Source of the DNA: Microcoleus sp. | GTDB lineage: Bacteria > Cyanobacteriota > Cyanobacteriia > Cyanobacteriales > Microcoleaceae | DNA: 64,000 nt | Reading direction: 5' to 3' | Assembly: GCA_042408215.1 (NCBI GenBank) | Contig: JAYFMW010000006.1 | Span: 192,001-256,000 of the forward strand | Shown here: positions 31,003 through 42,419 of the stretch, piece after piece | How the letters are laid out: every line of letters starts with the position of its first letter | Numbering within the stretch: position 1 is the stretch's first letter | Made by a program: the position numbers and the translations under genes | The notes under the pieces: generated by a model | The model's input: only the letters and a program-made list of their open reading frames with translations | Told to the model about the DNA's origin: nothing | Databases searched by the model: none

Positions 31003-31118
31003 ATGTCTGGCATTAAGTGTGACTTGTCTTTGGTCAATGGTTTGAGACAGTAAATTTAGCATAACAGAAGGGCGATCGCACTTTGTGTGTTAAGGGCGAT
31101 CGCACTAATCCGATTATC

Positions 31119-34100
31119 CTAAATCAGTGGCAGATTGATGGGGACAAAACTACCGCTTAACTGACTCGGTGATACACCGACAACAAGACCTAAGATTTGA
31201 TTCGATCCGGCAATCTTGATGACAGTATTTCCCTGATCGAAGTTCAGCAGTAAGTTCGATTCTGTTAATCCTTCTGTCAGTCCAATTTTATCTGCACCTA
31301 ATTGGAAGTCTAAGATAGCATCTGGCAGAAAATCACCAGTTACGGCCGCATTTTTTGGTAGGACAAAGGTATCACTGCCGGGGCCGCCAAATAAGATATC
31401 TCGACCTAAATCGCCGCTGAGGGTGTCATCGCCTTCGTTCCCTTTGAGGCGATCGTTGTCAGTACCTCCTAGGATTAAATCATTGCCTCGGCCGCCAAAA
31501 ATATTGTCATTTCCGCTGTTGCCGGTGAGGATATCATTGCCTTTATTGCCGTAGATGATGTCATCTCCGCCAACTCCGGCAAGGGTGTCATCACCAGCGA
31601 AACCAGCAATGCTATCTGCTGCGTCTATGCCAACTAAATTGTCGTTTTCAGGAGTTCCTAAAACTTGACGCAGTGGAGGACGAGGTGGTGTGGGTGTGGG
31701 TGTTGGTACAACATTATTTGTTGTCGATTCAGTACCGTCATTTGTGACTGTAGTGCTGGCGAAATCGACATCATTTGAGATATCGGGGTCGTATGTTTTA
31801 CTCGTTATGCTAGAGGTACCGGTGATGTTTCCAGTTGTCGGCGCGGTAACGGTAATGCTAACAGTTGAAATTTGACCTTTGGCTACATCGCCGAGGTCAA
31901 AAGTTAGTTCATTTCCTGACTGTTTGGTGGGGGCGATATTAGCCGAAACAAATTTAGCACCCTCTGGCAAGGTTTCGGTGAGGATTGCACCTTTAGCGTT
32001 ATCAGTGCCGTTGTTGGTGACTGCAACCGTGTAGGTGATGTTAGTTCCCGGTATTGCTGTATCGCGATCGGCTGTTTTAGTGACTGATAAATCTGCTGAT
32101 TCTGTCACTTTAATCGGCAGCGGTGCGTAGCTGAAAACAGGTGCGTTGTTTTCATCCATCGCCATTGCGTAGACGTAGTAATCGCCTGTGGGTAAGCCTT
32201 GAGTGTTCCAGATGAAGTTGCCTGCACCGTCTTTTTCCTCAAGGCCACCTTTGATTAAGATGCCATCGAAACCTTGGTTATCAGTGTCGTAGAACAGGCT
32301 AACTTTGGCAGTGGAGTCAGAGTCAAAAGCGTTGTAATTGATGGTGACATTTTGCCCACTCACATCTTTAGATGGGGCAGTCACTTGAACAGTCGGAGCC
32401 TGAGAATCCTGAAAAGCACTGTACTCCACAGTACCTAAAGCAGCGGAATTTGTTAAGTTGATATCCCAATTACCCGGTTGTGGATTGGCGATCATAACTG
32501 CTTTAGTAGTTGTACTGGTGAGGGCATCAACAATTGCAATTTTATTGGCTGCAAAATCCGACTCTTTGAAAATAGCTCCATTGGGTGCTTTGATTTCAAC
32601 AGGAGTATTAGCAGTGGCATTATCCCAGTTGGCGTTGAGAATTATCCACGGCGTGCCTGGGGCAACAGTAAAGCCTTGTATGGCGGAAGCTGTTTTATCT
32701 GCACTAGCTTCAAGCTGATTGCTAGAGGCAACTCTTTCGATTTGACTAGAGGTAACGATAGAACTATTTGTTCTTGGGACTGGTTGACCTACACTAGCCG
32801 AGGCTTTACCATCAAAGGAAACTTTGAGCGTCGCTTCATATTCTATTTTGATAGACTCCTTAAAGTTTAAAGGATTGAAGATTTCTATGGGTGGTAACTT
32901 ACCATAAGCCTGAACAAAGTCGTTCGATAAATCGTTGTCATTGGAGTAGTTGAGCGCAAATTCTGCTTGTGCAAGTGGCTGACCTTTGAAGTTTAATTTT
33001 CCACCGCCTACCTCATTTCCAAGAATTTTTACTTTGGGAATTTCAAGGGATATATCTGGGAATTTGACGTTGGCACTACCACCCATCATGATGTTGAAAT
33101 TCTTATCGGTAGTAAATTTGCTTTTGGTATTGATTACACCCCCAAGCATTGAGAACTCACCCTCAGCATTGAAGAATTTTTTATTCCAATTGAGTTCAGC
33201 CTCACCTTTGCCCTCTGCTAATCCACCTGCTATTTTGATAGTACCGTTTGTTTTGAGACGATCGCGAGTGATACTACCGCTTGCATTAATCTCAACAGCA
33301 GACCCAATAATAATATCTTTTGCCGCCCAAGAAGGCGGTGATATCTTGATATCAGGACCAGCAGTCACTTTAACATCGGTAAGACTGGTCTCAATTTGAT
33401 CGGGTTTGGCGAGATTATTCACTTGCCCTGATATGCTCTGAAGAAAAGCACCAGTAGCACCAATAGGTTTGTTGAGGTTACTACCTCCTATTTTGATAAA
33501 GTTTAATTTCTTATCAACAAAACCAAGTCCGCCAATTAGTTCAATTCCTGCCGGAATAAGCATTCTACCTTCGCCCTTAACCTCTTTGGCTTCTGTATCC
33601 AAAGATAATTTTGCATTTCTAATTTCCCAGACATTTGGCACCAGCTTGATATTGTCTAAAGAAAATGACCCTTTGACATCCACAATGGGGTTAAAGTCAC
33701 GGTTTATCTTAATGTAATTGGGCTCGGCAAAGTTGGCAGTAAAAGTGGGAGTAGGGGTGGGAGTGGGAGTGGGAGTTGGAGTTGGAGTTGGGGGAAATGG
33801 AAGAAACTCGGCTTTACCTTGAAGCGTAATCCCTGCTTTAGGCTGAGAAGTATATCCTAGAGCTAAACCTTTCCCTTTAACGTCCAGTAATTGGCCAATA
33901 GAGAAGTTTACATCTGGGAAATCAATTTTTCCTCCTGTCACGCTCACACCATTCTCGCTAATCAGGATTTTATTGTTGCCCCTGATGTCTAACGTTAAAG
34001 GGGAAGTAGGAGTGGGAGTTGGGGTGGGAGTTGCAGCGGAATTGGAAGTTGGAGTTGGAGTTGGAGTTTTATCTCGGCTGAAGATTCCAGGTGGGAATTG

Positions 34101-36830
34101 AAGCGTCCCTTCTAATTCAATTCCTTTTTCTGTAAAAGCTAAGTTGGTAAACTTAACTTCTGTTCCAGCTAGCTTAAACTGGTTTGCTACTGCTTGAGTA
34201 GTTTCCTGAACAGATTTTGCAACCGCTTTGCCAACGTCAAATTCTAAATCACCTTCATACAAAGGTACTGTTATTAAGTCACCAATAGTGGGTGAGAATA
34301 TCCCATTAGCTTTGATGGTTTTGTTGTCGTAACTAACAGAGCCATTAACACTCAACAACGGGGGGCGATCTTTTAACCCTATTTGAATAGTACCGGATGC
34401 TTCGTAGCGTTTGGTTGTATTGTTAAATACGAATTGACCGTTAACTACTTTGAGCCTCAGCGGACTTAGATCCGGCTCGCTAATAGGAGGTGGTGTCGGA
34501 GTTGGAATTGGAAGAGTTATGGGAGTTGGCGTCGGAGTCGGAGTTAGGGGTGTTGGTGTCGGAGTCGGAGTTAGGGGTGTTGGAGTTGGAGTTGGAGTTA
34601 GGGGAGTTGGAGTTGGAGTTGGAGTTAGAGGAGTTGGTGTCGGAGTCGGAGTTGGTGTCGGAGTTGGTGTCGGAGTTGGGGGTGTCGGAGTCGGAGTTAG
34701 GGGTGTCGGAGTCGGAGTTGGAGTTGGTGTCGGAGTTGGAGTCGGGGGAGTTGGTGTCGGTGTTGGAGTCGCGGTTACAATAGATGTGGCTCCAAATATT
34801 CCACCGCTAACACCCGTAACATCTTTATCAAGAGTGCCTACTCCTGTTGCTGGATTGATAACAATCCGCTGGTTAGCTCCGGTGAAGCCGAACAGATTCC
34901 CATCTTTGCTGGATAAACCATACACTTTACTGAAGCCGATGTTACCAATCTTGGTAGCCTGACCAGTTAAGGATATGGAGAATAAGCTGTTATCACTGTT
35001 GACCCCAGATGTAGCTAAAAAGCGATTACCAACAGGATCAAATAATAGATCGCCACTAGCATCAAAGTTAGATCCCAGATTAGCAACCAAGGATGCTGCA
35101 CCCGTAGTTTGATTAATGGTATATAAGTTAGAACCGCCAGTTGCATAAAGTACATTACTAGGAGAAAATGCCAAACCAACTATGTCTACACTTGCACCGA
35201 GGTTTCCAATCGGTGAGGATGAACCTGAGACTGGATCGACGCTGTACAACTGGCTATTAGTGATGCCAAACAACTTGTTGTCACTAGATAAGGCGATATC
35301 ATTTAAACTTGGGCTAGTTGCAATCTTTACAAACTTTCCTGCTGAGTCAACGCTTCCGACTTGCCCGCTATCTGTAGAAACCAAAGATGATGCAGTCCCC
35401 AAAGAGCTAGTTTTGAAGGTATAGTTTCCTGTCTCGTTCGCATTCAAGCTAGTAGCTCGAATCGCGTAATTCACACCGGGAATTGCTGTGAAACTTAACT
35501 GTGAATTCTTACCACCATTGATTAAGTCATCGTTAAAGGCAATCACTTCACCTGTTGAAGCATTTATCAGTTGTAGGTAACTGTCAATAGCCGCAGTCGA
35601 ATCCATGTTAACTTGAACTTGCTGCCAATTGGAAATCCCAGTCAAGGTATAGTCATCGGAGAAGCTACCCAATCTTTTAGGGTTTTTAGTATCAGTGCTA
35701 CTCAAACTTTCGTTAATCGTTTCCCCTAAGCCAATAGTCAGGGGTGTCGGGGTTGGTGTTGGAGTCGGAGTTGGAGGGGTCGGAGTTGGAGTTAAAGTTG
35801 CGATCGGGATAGACCCTGCACCACTAATCGTATAGCCATTGGTAAGACCTGTGATATCACTATCAAAAGTCCCTTCTCCTGTTGCTGGATCAATAATAAT
35901 CCGCTTATTATCTTCTGTGAAACCAACAAGAGTGCTTCCCTCAAAAGACAAGCCAACCACATCATCAAAGCCAATGTCACCAATTTTAGTGGATTGGCCA
36001 GTTAAGGACACAAAAAATAAGCTAGAGCTAAAACCACTACTTTTAGCAAACAAAAATCCGTTATTGACAGGATCAAATACTATGTCGCCACCTGAAGTTT
36101 CGTCCAAAGAAAAGTCTGCTATTGATGATGCAGTCGCATTTTGAGGATTAACGGTGTATAATTTAGAGCTATTAGAGCTATTAGAACGACTAGCTCCATA
36201 CAGTGTGCCATTAGGCAAAAATTCCAGGGCAGCCATCTGCACACCAGAAGGGAAGTTGCCAATCACCGACGATGAACCTGAGTCTGGATCGATACTGTAC
36301 AACTGGGTAGGGAGGCTATCTCTCTTAATACCCAAAAGCTTGTTGTCATTAGAAAAAGCAATGTCAGCAAATTCTGAGTTACTTGCGGCTTCAACAAAAT
36401 TTCCTATCGATACAAATCTTCCTAATGGATCAACTGTTCCGGCTTCTTGTCCATTCCTCGTAACAACTAAAGATGATGCAGTTCCTAACGAGCTAGTTTT
36501 GAAGGTATAGTTTCCTGTCTCGTTCGCGTTCAAGCTAGTAGCTCGAATCGCGTAATTCACACCCGGAACTACTGTGAAACTTAACTGTGAATTCTTAAGA
36601 CCATTAATTAGGTCATCGTTCTCGGCAATCACTGCACCTGTTGAAGCATTTACCAGTTGTAGATAACTGTCAATAGCAGCAGTCGAATCCATGTTAACTT
36701 GAACTTGCTGCCAATTGGAAACCCCAGTCAAGGTATAGTCATCGAAGAAACTACCTAATTTTTTAGGATTTTCAAGATCAGTGCTGCTCAAACTTCCGTC
36801 AATCGTTTGCCCTAAGCCAATATTCGTCAT
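31119..36830 (-). CDS. Giant secreted surface protein: two PPC + beta-propeller modules, PT linkers, DUF11, RTX-type Ca-binding C-terminus
   Basis: Duplicated N-terminal module; [21 protein letters not shown] (DUF11); GxxGxD nonapeptides; C-terminal [13 protein letters not shown]. Confidence 0.85.
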   Translation of the reverse strand: MTNIGLGQTIDGSLSSTDLENPKKLGSFFDDYTLTGVSNWQQVQVNMDSTAAIDSYLQLVNASTGAVIAENDDLINGLKNSQLSFTVVPGVNYAIRATSLNANETGNYTFKTSSLGTASSLVVTRNGQEAGTVDPLGRFVSIGNFVEAASNSEFADIAFSNDNKLLGIKRDSLPTQLYSIDPDSGSSSVIGNFPSGVQMAALEFLPNGTLYGASRSNSSNSSKLYTVNPQNATASSIADFSLDETSGGDIVFDPVNNGFLFAKSSGFSSSLFFVSLTGQSTKIGDIGFDDVVGLSFEGSTLVGFTEDNKRIIIDPATGEGTFDSDITGLTNGYTISGAGSIPIATLTPTPTPPTPTPTPTPTPLTIGLGETINESLSSTDTKNPKRLGSFSDDYTLTGISNWQQVQVNMDSTAAIDSYLQLINASTGEVIAFNDDLINGGKNSQLSFTAIPGVNYAIRATSLNANETGNYTFKTSSLGTASSLVSTDSGQVGSVDSAGKFVKIATSPSLNDIALSSDNKLFGITNSQLYSVDPVSGSSSPIGNLGASVDIVGLAFSPSNVLYATGGSNLYTINQTTGAASLVANLGSNFDASGDLLFDPVGNRFLATSGVNSDNSLFSISLTGQATKIGNIGFSKVYGLSSKDGNLFGFTGANQRIVINPATGVGTLDKDVTGVSGGIFGATSIVTATPTPTPTPPTPTPTPTPTPTPTPLTPTPTPPTPTPTPTPTPTPTPTPLTPTPTPTPLTPTPTPTPLTPTPTPTPLTPTPTPTPITLPIPTPTPPPISEPDLSPLRLKVVNGQFVFNNTTKRYEASGTIQIGLKDRPPLLSVNGSVSYDNKTIKANGIFSPTIGDLITVPLYEGDLEFDVGKAVAKSVQETTQAVANQFKLAGTEVKFTNLAFTEKGIELEGTLQFPPGIFSRDKTPTPTPTSNSAATPTPTPTPTSPLTLDIRGNNKILISENGVSVTGGKIDFPDVNFSIGQLLDVKGKGLALGYTSQPKAGITLQGKAEFLPFPPTPTPTPTPTPTPTPTFTANFAEPNYIKINRDFNPIVDVKGSFSLDNIKLVPNVWEIRNAKLSLDTEAKEVKGEGRMLIPAGIELIGGLGFVDKKLNFIKIGGSNLNKPIGATGAFLQSISGQVNNLAKPDQIETSLTDVKVTAGPDIKISPPSWAAKDIIIGSAVEINASGSITRDRLKTNGTIKIAGGLAEGKGEAELNWNKKFFNAEGEFSMLGGVINTKSKFTTDKNFNIMMGGSANVKFPDISLEIPKVKILGNEVGGGKLNFKGQPLAQAEFALNYSNDNDLSNDFVQAYGKLPPIEIFNPLNFKESIKIEYEATLKVSFDGKASASVGQPVPRTNSSIVTSSQIERVASSNQLEASADKTASAIQGFTVAPGTPWIILNANWDNATANTPVEIKAPNGAIFKESDFAANKIAIVDALTSTTTKAVMIANPQPGNWDINLTNSAALGTVEYSAFQDSQAPTVQVTAPSKDVSGQNVTINYNAFDSDSTAKVSLFYDTDNQGFDGILIKGGLEEKDGAGNFIWNTQGLPTGDYYVYAMAMDENNAPVFSYAPLPIKVTESADLSVTKTADRDTAIPGTNITYTVAVTNNGTDNAKGAILTETLPEGAKFVSANIAPTKQSGNELTFDLGDVAKGQISTVSITVTAPTTGNITGTSSITSKTYDPDISNDVDFASTTVTNDGTESTTNNVVPTPTPTPPRPPLRQVLGTPENDNLVGIDAADSIAGFAGDDTLAGVGGDDIIYGNKGNDILTGNSGNDNIFGGRGNDLILGGTDNDRLKGNEGDDTLSGDLGRDILFGGPGSDTFVLPKNAAVTGDFLPDAILDFQLGADKIGLTEGLTESNLLLNFDQGNTVIKIAGSNQILGLVVGVSPSQLSGSFVPINLPLI

Positions 36831-37126
36831 AATCCCATCTCCTCAAAAATATAGTTGCGTCAAAACCAGCAAAGCCCGCCTAGCAAGCCTTCCTAAATGT
36901 TTATCAGGGCCTTCATCTGCTTTTTATGCAAATCGCCCTATTTTTGTAACAAAACTTTACATTACTCCCAAGAGCAGATAAGCTGTATGCCCGATCGCCC
37001 GCCAGATTTACCCTAAAACTAGGTAAGCTACGATCGCCCTTAATCTCCCTAGCTTCACCTCCGTAGCTGAAAGCCAGACTCATCACTTCACAATACTCCA
37101 GAATCCCTACACTGTATCGGCAAAAC

Positions 37127-37197
37127 GGCTCACCATTTGGCTCAGCAAAAAAGGCTCATTTGGCTCATTTGGCTCATTTGGCTCACTTTTTGGCTCA
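37127..37197. repeat. Seven GGCTCA direct repeats (partly tandem TTTGGCTCA) in a divergent promoter region
   Basis: Copies at 37127, 37139, 37153, 37162, 37171, 37180 and 37192. Confidence 0.85.
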
Positions 37198-37249
37198 CCA
37201 GATCGTGTAACATTCTTGACTAACGCAGAGTTTCCGTAGAGGAGTCGCA

Positions 37250-39022
37250 ATGGCTGGTTTGCTCAGAGCATCTGAAGAAGGGCTAAAAATCATTGACATG
37301 GTGCGACGCAACCTCGGATGGAATAAAAGTGAGGATACTCTGGTGTCAAGCTGCTCTAACTTCAAAAGCCACTTTAAAGCGATTTTGGGCGCAGAAACCG
37401 AATTAGACGAGAGAACATTTATCGATATTTGCAAAGCTGTAGGAATGAATAACTGGGAAGACATTGTTGAGCGCAAAATATCAAGAAACAGAATTACTTT
37501 TAGCCGCCGCGATCGCAGATATCCCCCTAGACAACCAAACCGATCGCACATTCCCCCTCCCAGAAAACTTACCCCCCGTCAGAAACTGGGTACAGCGCAC
37601 CAAAGAAATCGACACCTTAAAAACCCTAATCGCTACTCCCCCCCTTACCAAGGAATCGCCCACTCCTACTCCCCCCCTTACCAAGGAATCGCCCACTCTT
37701 GCTCCCCCCCTTACCAAGGAATCGCCCACTCTTGCTCCCCCCCTTACCAAGGAATCGCCCACTCTTGCTCCCCCCCTTACCAAGGGGGGGCTGGGGGGGG
37801 TTCCCATCGCCATCTCAATAGTCGGATTACCCGGAATCGGAAAAACCACCCTCATCAGCCAACTAATCCGCCAACTCCACACCGAAAAAACCCCCTTCAC
37901 CATGCGCCGCTTGGCAATCCTTGCAATCCGCAACAGGCAAAGCACCCCCGTGCGATCGCACAATTGACTCCCTGCTATTCACCCTCTCCAACGGCGACAT
38001 TACCGCAGCCGTCAACGCTCAAAATGACTGCGGCAAAAAAACCGAAAATCTGCTCAAAATCCTCAGAGAAAAACCTTGCTTAATTGTATTCGATCGCGCC
38101 GACACACTTTTGAAAGCAGGAGAAGCCAAAGCCGCCGGTTATTTCGCAGAAGATTGTGCAGAATATGCTTGGTTATTCAAACAACTATTAGAAACAGAAC
38201 ATCAAAGCAAAATCATCTTCACCAGTCGCGAAAGCTTAGCCGAATTGCCGCCAACAGTCACCCGCGAAATCCAGCTCAACGGATTGGATCGAGATGCGGC
38301 AATTTCCCTGTTGCAATCTTTCAATCTGACTGCAAATGCAGAGGAATTAGCGGAAATGGGCGATCGCTATTCAGGACATCCCAAAGCCTTACAACTCGTC
38401 GCAGCCTTGATTCGAGATGATACCGAGTTTCAAGGAAATGTCGGGAATTTTCTACACCAGAGAGACTGGTTGCTGATTCGAGATATTGAGAGATTGATTG
38501 ATGAAATCATAGCCCGTCTCAGCGACGGCGAACAAACTTGTCTCAGCCGAATTTCTGTCTATCAAACCTCAGAATATCCCCTATCTTTTGCAGGAATTAG
38601 CGCTCAAATGCCAGAAGTTCAGCAAGTATGAACTTAAAGAAAATATTATCCTTGCACTCAAGCGCCGACAATTGCTATATTACGATTACCAACGAGAATC
38701 CTATCAATTGCATCCGCTAGTTCGAGAAAAGGGCGAACATCTGCTAAATCAAAATCCCGAAAATCTCCGTACCGCCCACAGCCAAGCCTATAATTATTAT
38801 ATCAGCATTCCGCTCAAACCGGAATCTGAATGGCAAGATATCGAGGATATTCAGCCCTTAATTAGAGCGCACTATCATGCCTCTCAAGCAGGAGATTTAG
38901 ATGCTGCAAATGGGATTATTTCTAAAGTTTATGAGTATTTGCGGCAGTGGAATTGTGCAGAGTTAGTATGTGGAAATATAGAGTTACCATTGTTAGCAGA
39001 AGTGAAAAATATTAGCCTTTGA
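37250..39022 (+). pseudogene. NB-ARC/NACHT-like (STAND) ATPase with an N-terminal HTH-like region and three frameshifts (~37475, ~37900, ~38622)
   Basis: Consecutive ORF pieces give LPPVRNWVQR, Walker A GLPGIGKT, Walker B-like CLIVFD, IIFTSRE, GHPKALQL and YQLHPLVRE. Confidence 0.8.
37636..37801 (+). repeat. 33-bp tandem repeat (4 units) ending in a CCCCCTTACCAAGGGGGG dispersed repeat, in frame within the NB-ARC gene
   Basis: Unit CTCCCCCCCTTACCAAGGAATCGCCCACTCTTG encodes PPLTKESPTLA. Confidence 0.9.
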
Positions 39023-39168
39023 TGGGCGGGCAAGATGCCCATCCCACAAGAAACTTGATGTGCTGTGGAAGGGGCATCTTGCCCGTTTTCTTAGTCTCGC
39101 GTTGCGCGGACTTTGTTGGTGTAGAAGCGATTTAAATCGCCGATTAAAACCGCCTAATTTTTCTTCTA

Positions 39169-40548
39169 TTACTCCCCCGCCAAATCAGCCCGAATTATCT
39201 CCACAACTCGATTCAACTCAACCGAATGAGAAGCCTTAAATAAAATGCGATCGCCATTTTCTACAAACTCCAACAACCGCTTTGCTAAATCTGCCCGCCC
39301 CTGCTGGGCCGCAATATCTCCGAGCTCCACAAAAGGCAAACCCGCAGCACCAGCCGCCATCGCCGCCGCTTCCTCAAAATCAGCAAAAATAAACAAAGCA
39401 TCCAGATTAAAGTCTCGCGCCGCCTTTCCTACTTGTCGGTGAAATTCGATCGACTTTTCGCCCAATTCCTTCATCGTTCCCAACACCGCAATCCGGCGCT
39501 TTCCCGGAGTATCTGCTAACAATCTCAGCCCCGCCAACATCGACTCCAAACCGGCATTGTAAGTCTCATCTAGAATCACAATATCATTGGGCAATTCGTA
39601 GCGGCGAGCCCTTCCATCTGGCAATTCTACGGACAAACCTTGCTTTAAAACTTCCCAATTAATATCTAAAACTTTCCCTACCGCCAAAGCCGCCAAATAA
39701 TTCACAGCATTGTGACGCCCCGGTAATGGCAATGGCAATTCTATACCATCTACAATTATTGTATCATTATTTGGTAATTCCCCGCACAAATCCCCACCTT
39801 CTAACCCGTAAGTTAAAGTTTTTCCCTGCCAAACTTTCGCCGCAGTTGCGATTAATCTCCGATCGTGATTGAGAATAGCAATGCTGTCAGCAGGCATTTC
39901 GGCTAACAACTCGCACTTCGCGATCGCGATCGCCTCTTCGGAGCCCAATCGCCCAATATGCGCCGTTCCCACATTAGTAATCACCCCAATATTCGGCCGC
40001 GCAATTTGCGAAAGCAGCGCAATTTCACCCTGGCCGCGCATTCCCATCTCAATTACAGCATAATTGTGTGACGGCGAAAGCTCCAACAACGTTTTCGGCA
40101 CTCCAATTTCATTGTTGTAGTTATATTGAGTTTTCAGAACATTTCCTTTAGTTGACAAAACTGCCGCAATCAGCTCTTTTGCAGTAGTTTTACCTACAGA
40201 ACCAGTAACAGCAACTATCGGTATGCTGAATTGGTCGCGCCACCAGTGGGCGATCGCCTGATAAGCTATTAAAGTATCATCAACTCGCAACAGTGGAAAA
40301 TTGGGAATTTCCAGCGGCCAAGTGCGATCGACAATCGCCACAATCGCCCCCAAATCCCGCGCTTTTCCCACAAATTGATGCCCGTCAAAATTATCTCCGC
40401 GCAGCGCCAAAAACACTTCGCCCCCCTGAAGAGTGCGCGTGTCTGTAGCAATACCTGTCCCTAAAGTTGTCAAAACACTCTCAGACACAGCAGGCAAAGG
40501 TACAGCTAAAATTTCAGCAAGTTGGGAGATACTTACGCGACAAACCAT
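39169..40548 (-). CDS. murF: UDP-N-acetylmuramoyl-tripeptide--D-Ala-D-Ala ligase
   Basis: FLALRGDNFDGH, VTGSVGKTTAKE, NNEIGVPKTL, EMGM, DETYNA, LGTMKELG. Confidence 0.97.
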   Translation of the reverse strand: MVCRVSISQLAEILAVPLPAVSESVLTTLGTGIATDTRTLQGGEVFLALRGDNFDGHQFVGKARDLGAIVAIVDRTWPLEIPNFPLLRVDDTLIAYQAIAHWWRDQFSIPIVAVTGSVGKTTAKELIAAVLSTKGNVLKTQYNYNNEIGVPKTLLELSPSHNYAVIEMGMRGQGEIALLSQIARPNIGVITNVGTAHIGRLGSEEAIAIAKCELLAEMPADSIAILNHDRRLIATAAKVWQGKTLTYGLEGGDLCGELPNNDTIIVDGIELPLPLPGRHNAVNYLAALAVGKVLDINWEVLKQGLSVELPDGRARRYELPNDIVILDETYNAGLESMLAGLRLLADTPGKRRIAVLGTMKELGEKSIEFHRQVGKAARDFNLDALFIFADFEEAAAMAAGAAGLPFVELGDIAAQQGRADLAKRLLEFVENGDRILFKASHSVELNRVVEIIRADLAGE

Positions 40549-40959
40549 ATTACCAGAACTCACGCTTCAAATAATTATTTTTAGAGCTAACCCTACCTCG
40601 CCCCAGCTCAAAATTCACTCTGCGAAGGCTGCCAAACAGGATTTGCTTTAACAATCCTAATACTAAATCGCCCGCCGACCCAACAAATCCTCTACTCTCC
40701 ATCCACAATCTTTACCCGTTGACAAAAAATATGGTGATTTTCAGTCTTGCTAATTGACAACAATTTATGTCATGCTGGTATTGGTGAAGATTTTAACTAG
40801 GAAAAAATATCGCTCGTCGGGTTAAGATGCTGACTGCTTCCACCCTAAAGCCTTGGAAAACTAGAACATAGGTTAACTGAATGCAGGCGCTGGCTTAAGC
40901 CAATTCATCCAGCCAATAGTGCTGAAAAGCTTCAGCTCAAGCCTCGGAGGGCGATCGCA

Positions 40960-41001
40960 GTGAACAATACCTGGACAAACATTTACAACCGACAAATTCA
41001 T
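40960..41001 (+). pseudogene. Original 5' fragment (14 codons) of the gene at 42692-43945, separated by the iscB element
   Basis: GGAGG RBS, then GTG AAC AAT ACC TGG ACA AAC ATT TAC AAC CGA CAA ATT CAT joins in frame to CCA GAA GAA at 42692. Confidence 0.75.
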
Positions 41002-41139
41002 CTCAGCCCCCAGGAGACCCACACCATAGCTGTACTCAGCTTGGTGTTGGGAGGAATGGGGGTGAATTGCGAAACGTCCCCTGAGTGAATTTTTGCGTTA
41101 GCAAAAACAGGGATGGGGACAGTTGAGTAATTCACAAAC

Positions 41140-42411
41140 TCAAAATGCATAGTTATATCCGTCCTTTTGGTGAATGGTTTTGCAATATTTGAAATTAATA
41201 CCCTGAACCAAGGTATCTGCGGAGATATTGAACGAACCGCTAGACCTAACGGCAACACGCCCGACATACGTGCCAATTTTCTTGCCACTGGTAACAGTTG
41301 CCCTCACGATGTCGCCAGTCTGAAACCCTTTGACAAACTTAAGTCGTGGCACATAGCGAGATGGGAAACCAAATTTATCCGTGCGACACATTTGACGAGT
41401 ACCGTATCCCGTCGTCTTAATTAACAACGGCTTGTTTGTCAGCACAGATAACGATTCAACTTGACCAACACAAGCTGCATCAAGCCAATGGGTTTTAGCT
41501 AGTTTCAATCGAGTCCGGTTGAACTTAGTTAATCCACCCGAACCAGTCGAAACAGGCAATCCCGTTTCTTTAAGGCGATTGAACAATGCCCATCTGGTAG
41601 AGTTGACGGCTGCTGCATCCTTGAGAGGACGTTTAGCTTGTGCAAGAATGCACTTCAGAACGTCTGGTTTCTTGGCTAAGAATTGCTCGACATCCTGAGT
41701 ACCTTTCTTGAGGTTGCACTTCTCACAAGCAAGGCAAAGGTTAGAAATGCGATCGCTGCCACCTTTGGCTTTGGGATGAATATGTTCAATTTGCAAAGGT
41801 ACATTTTCAACACTACAGTAAGCGCATTTCCTGTCCCATTTTTTCAATAGATATTCCCGAACTTCGTAGCCAGCTAATTCCCCTTGCTGATATTCAATGC
41901 CTGAATTTTCAGGATTTTCTAATTGTTGTAAATCAAACCTGACCAGTTCTTGAACAATTGAACCGATGGGGGCAAACCTAATTAATTTGTTCACCCAAGT
42001 TAGGGTAGTTTCTACACGATGTTGCAGACTTGGAGCCAGCCAGCCTTTGGTGCGGGTGCGATTTAAAAATCTTGCCTGACGATAACGAGTATGACGATTT
42101 CTCCTTGAGCGACGCAACTCGCTTCGGGACTCCAAAGACGCTTTAATTGTTTGACCTCGATGGCTTAATTCCGCACCAAAAATAACTTGCTCGTCTTGAA
42201 CCAAAGCAATCCCTGTAGTTTGAGAACCCGGATCTAATTTGAGAATAATTAATTCAGGAGTTGCTGTCACCGCCTTTTTGAGAATGATGGTAAATGGATA
42301 CCTTCTAAAAACCGCAGCTTTTCCTGCCGTTAACAACTTGTGAGCCATTGACGGCTTACAGGGTGTGAGCGGTTTTTTATTGGTATCAAGTACGAAAACG
42401 AGATTAGACAT
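41140..42411 (-). CDS. iscB: RNA-guided endonuclease IscB
   Basis: PLMP-like KKPLTPC, RuvC-I LDPGSQTTG, bridge helix RRSRRNRHTRYRQARFLNR, RuvC-II ELVRFD, HNH EHIHPKAKGG...CEKCN, RuvC-III HWLDAAC. Confidence 0.96.
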   Translation of the reverse strand: MSNLVFVLDTNKKPLTPCKPSMAHKLLTAGKAAVFRRYPFTIILKKAVTATPELIILKLDPGSQTTGIALVQDEQVIFGAELSHRGQTIKASLESRSELRRSRRNRHTRYRQARFLNRTRTKGWLAPSLQHRVETTLTWVNKLIRFAPIGSIVQELVRFDLQQLENPENSGIEYQQGELAGYEVREYLLKKWDRKCAYCSVENVPLQIEHIHPKAKGGSDRISNLCLACEKCNLKKGTQDVEQFLAKKPDVLKCILAQAKRPLKDAAAVNSTRWALFNRLKETGLPVSTGSGGLTKFNRTRLKLAKTHWLDAACVGQVESLSVLTNKPLLIKTTGYGTRQMCRTDKFGFPSRYVPRLKFVKGFQTGDIVRATVTSGKKIGTYVGRVAVRSSGSFNISADTLVQGINFKYCKTIHQKDGYNYAF

Positions 42412-42419
42412 TGTTGTGT

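Larger units (their letters stand above)
28763..31107. repeat. HIP1-anchored repeats delimiting the TA array (28763-28780, 29502-29540, 30254-30292, 31067-31107)
   Basis: AAGGGCGATCGC-(A/T)CTTT.TGT..T-AAGGGCGATCGC doublets; exact 18-bp TTAAGGGCGATCGCACTA at both outer edges. Confidence 0.85.

Noticed and set aside
28763..31107. Classical integron
   Set aside because: No IntI tyrosine recombinase and no attC-type RYYYAAC...GTTRRRY hairpins; kept only as an integron-like analogy.
35385..36824. Duplicated segment as a DGR template/variable repeat pair
   Set aside because: Both copies are in-frame domains of one gene, differences are not adenine-specific, and no reverse transcriptase is in the window.
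36946..36960. NtcA box GTA...TAC upstream of the surface protein
   Set aside because: The spacer is 9 nt, not the canonical 8.
40805..40945. Possible riboswitch or ncRNA in the leader before 40960
   Set aside because: Only small hairpins (e.g. GCTGAAAAGCTTCAGC) and no family consensus I can recognise; an Rfam search is needed.
40998..41288. 96-aa minus-strand ORF after iscB
   Set aside because: Out-of-frame overlap with the iscB 3' end and the transposon end hairpin; no recognisable motifs and not TnpA (no HUH/Y1 motif).
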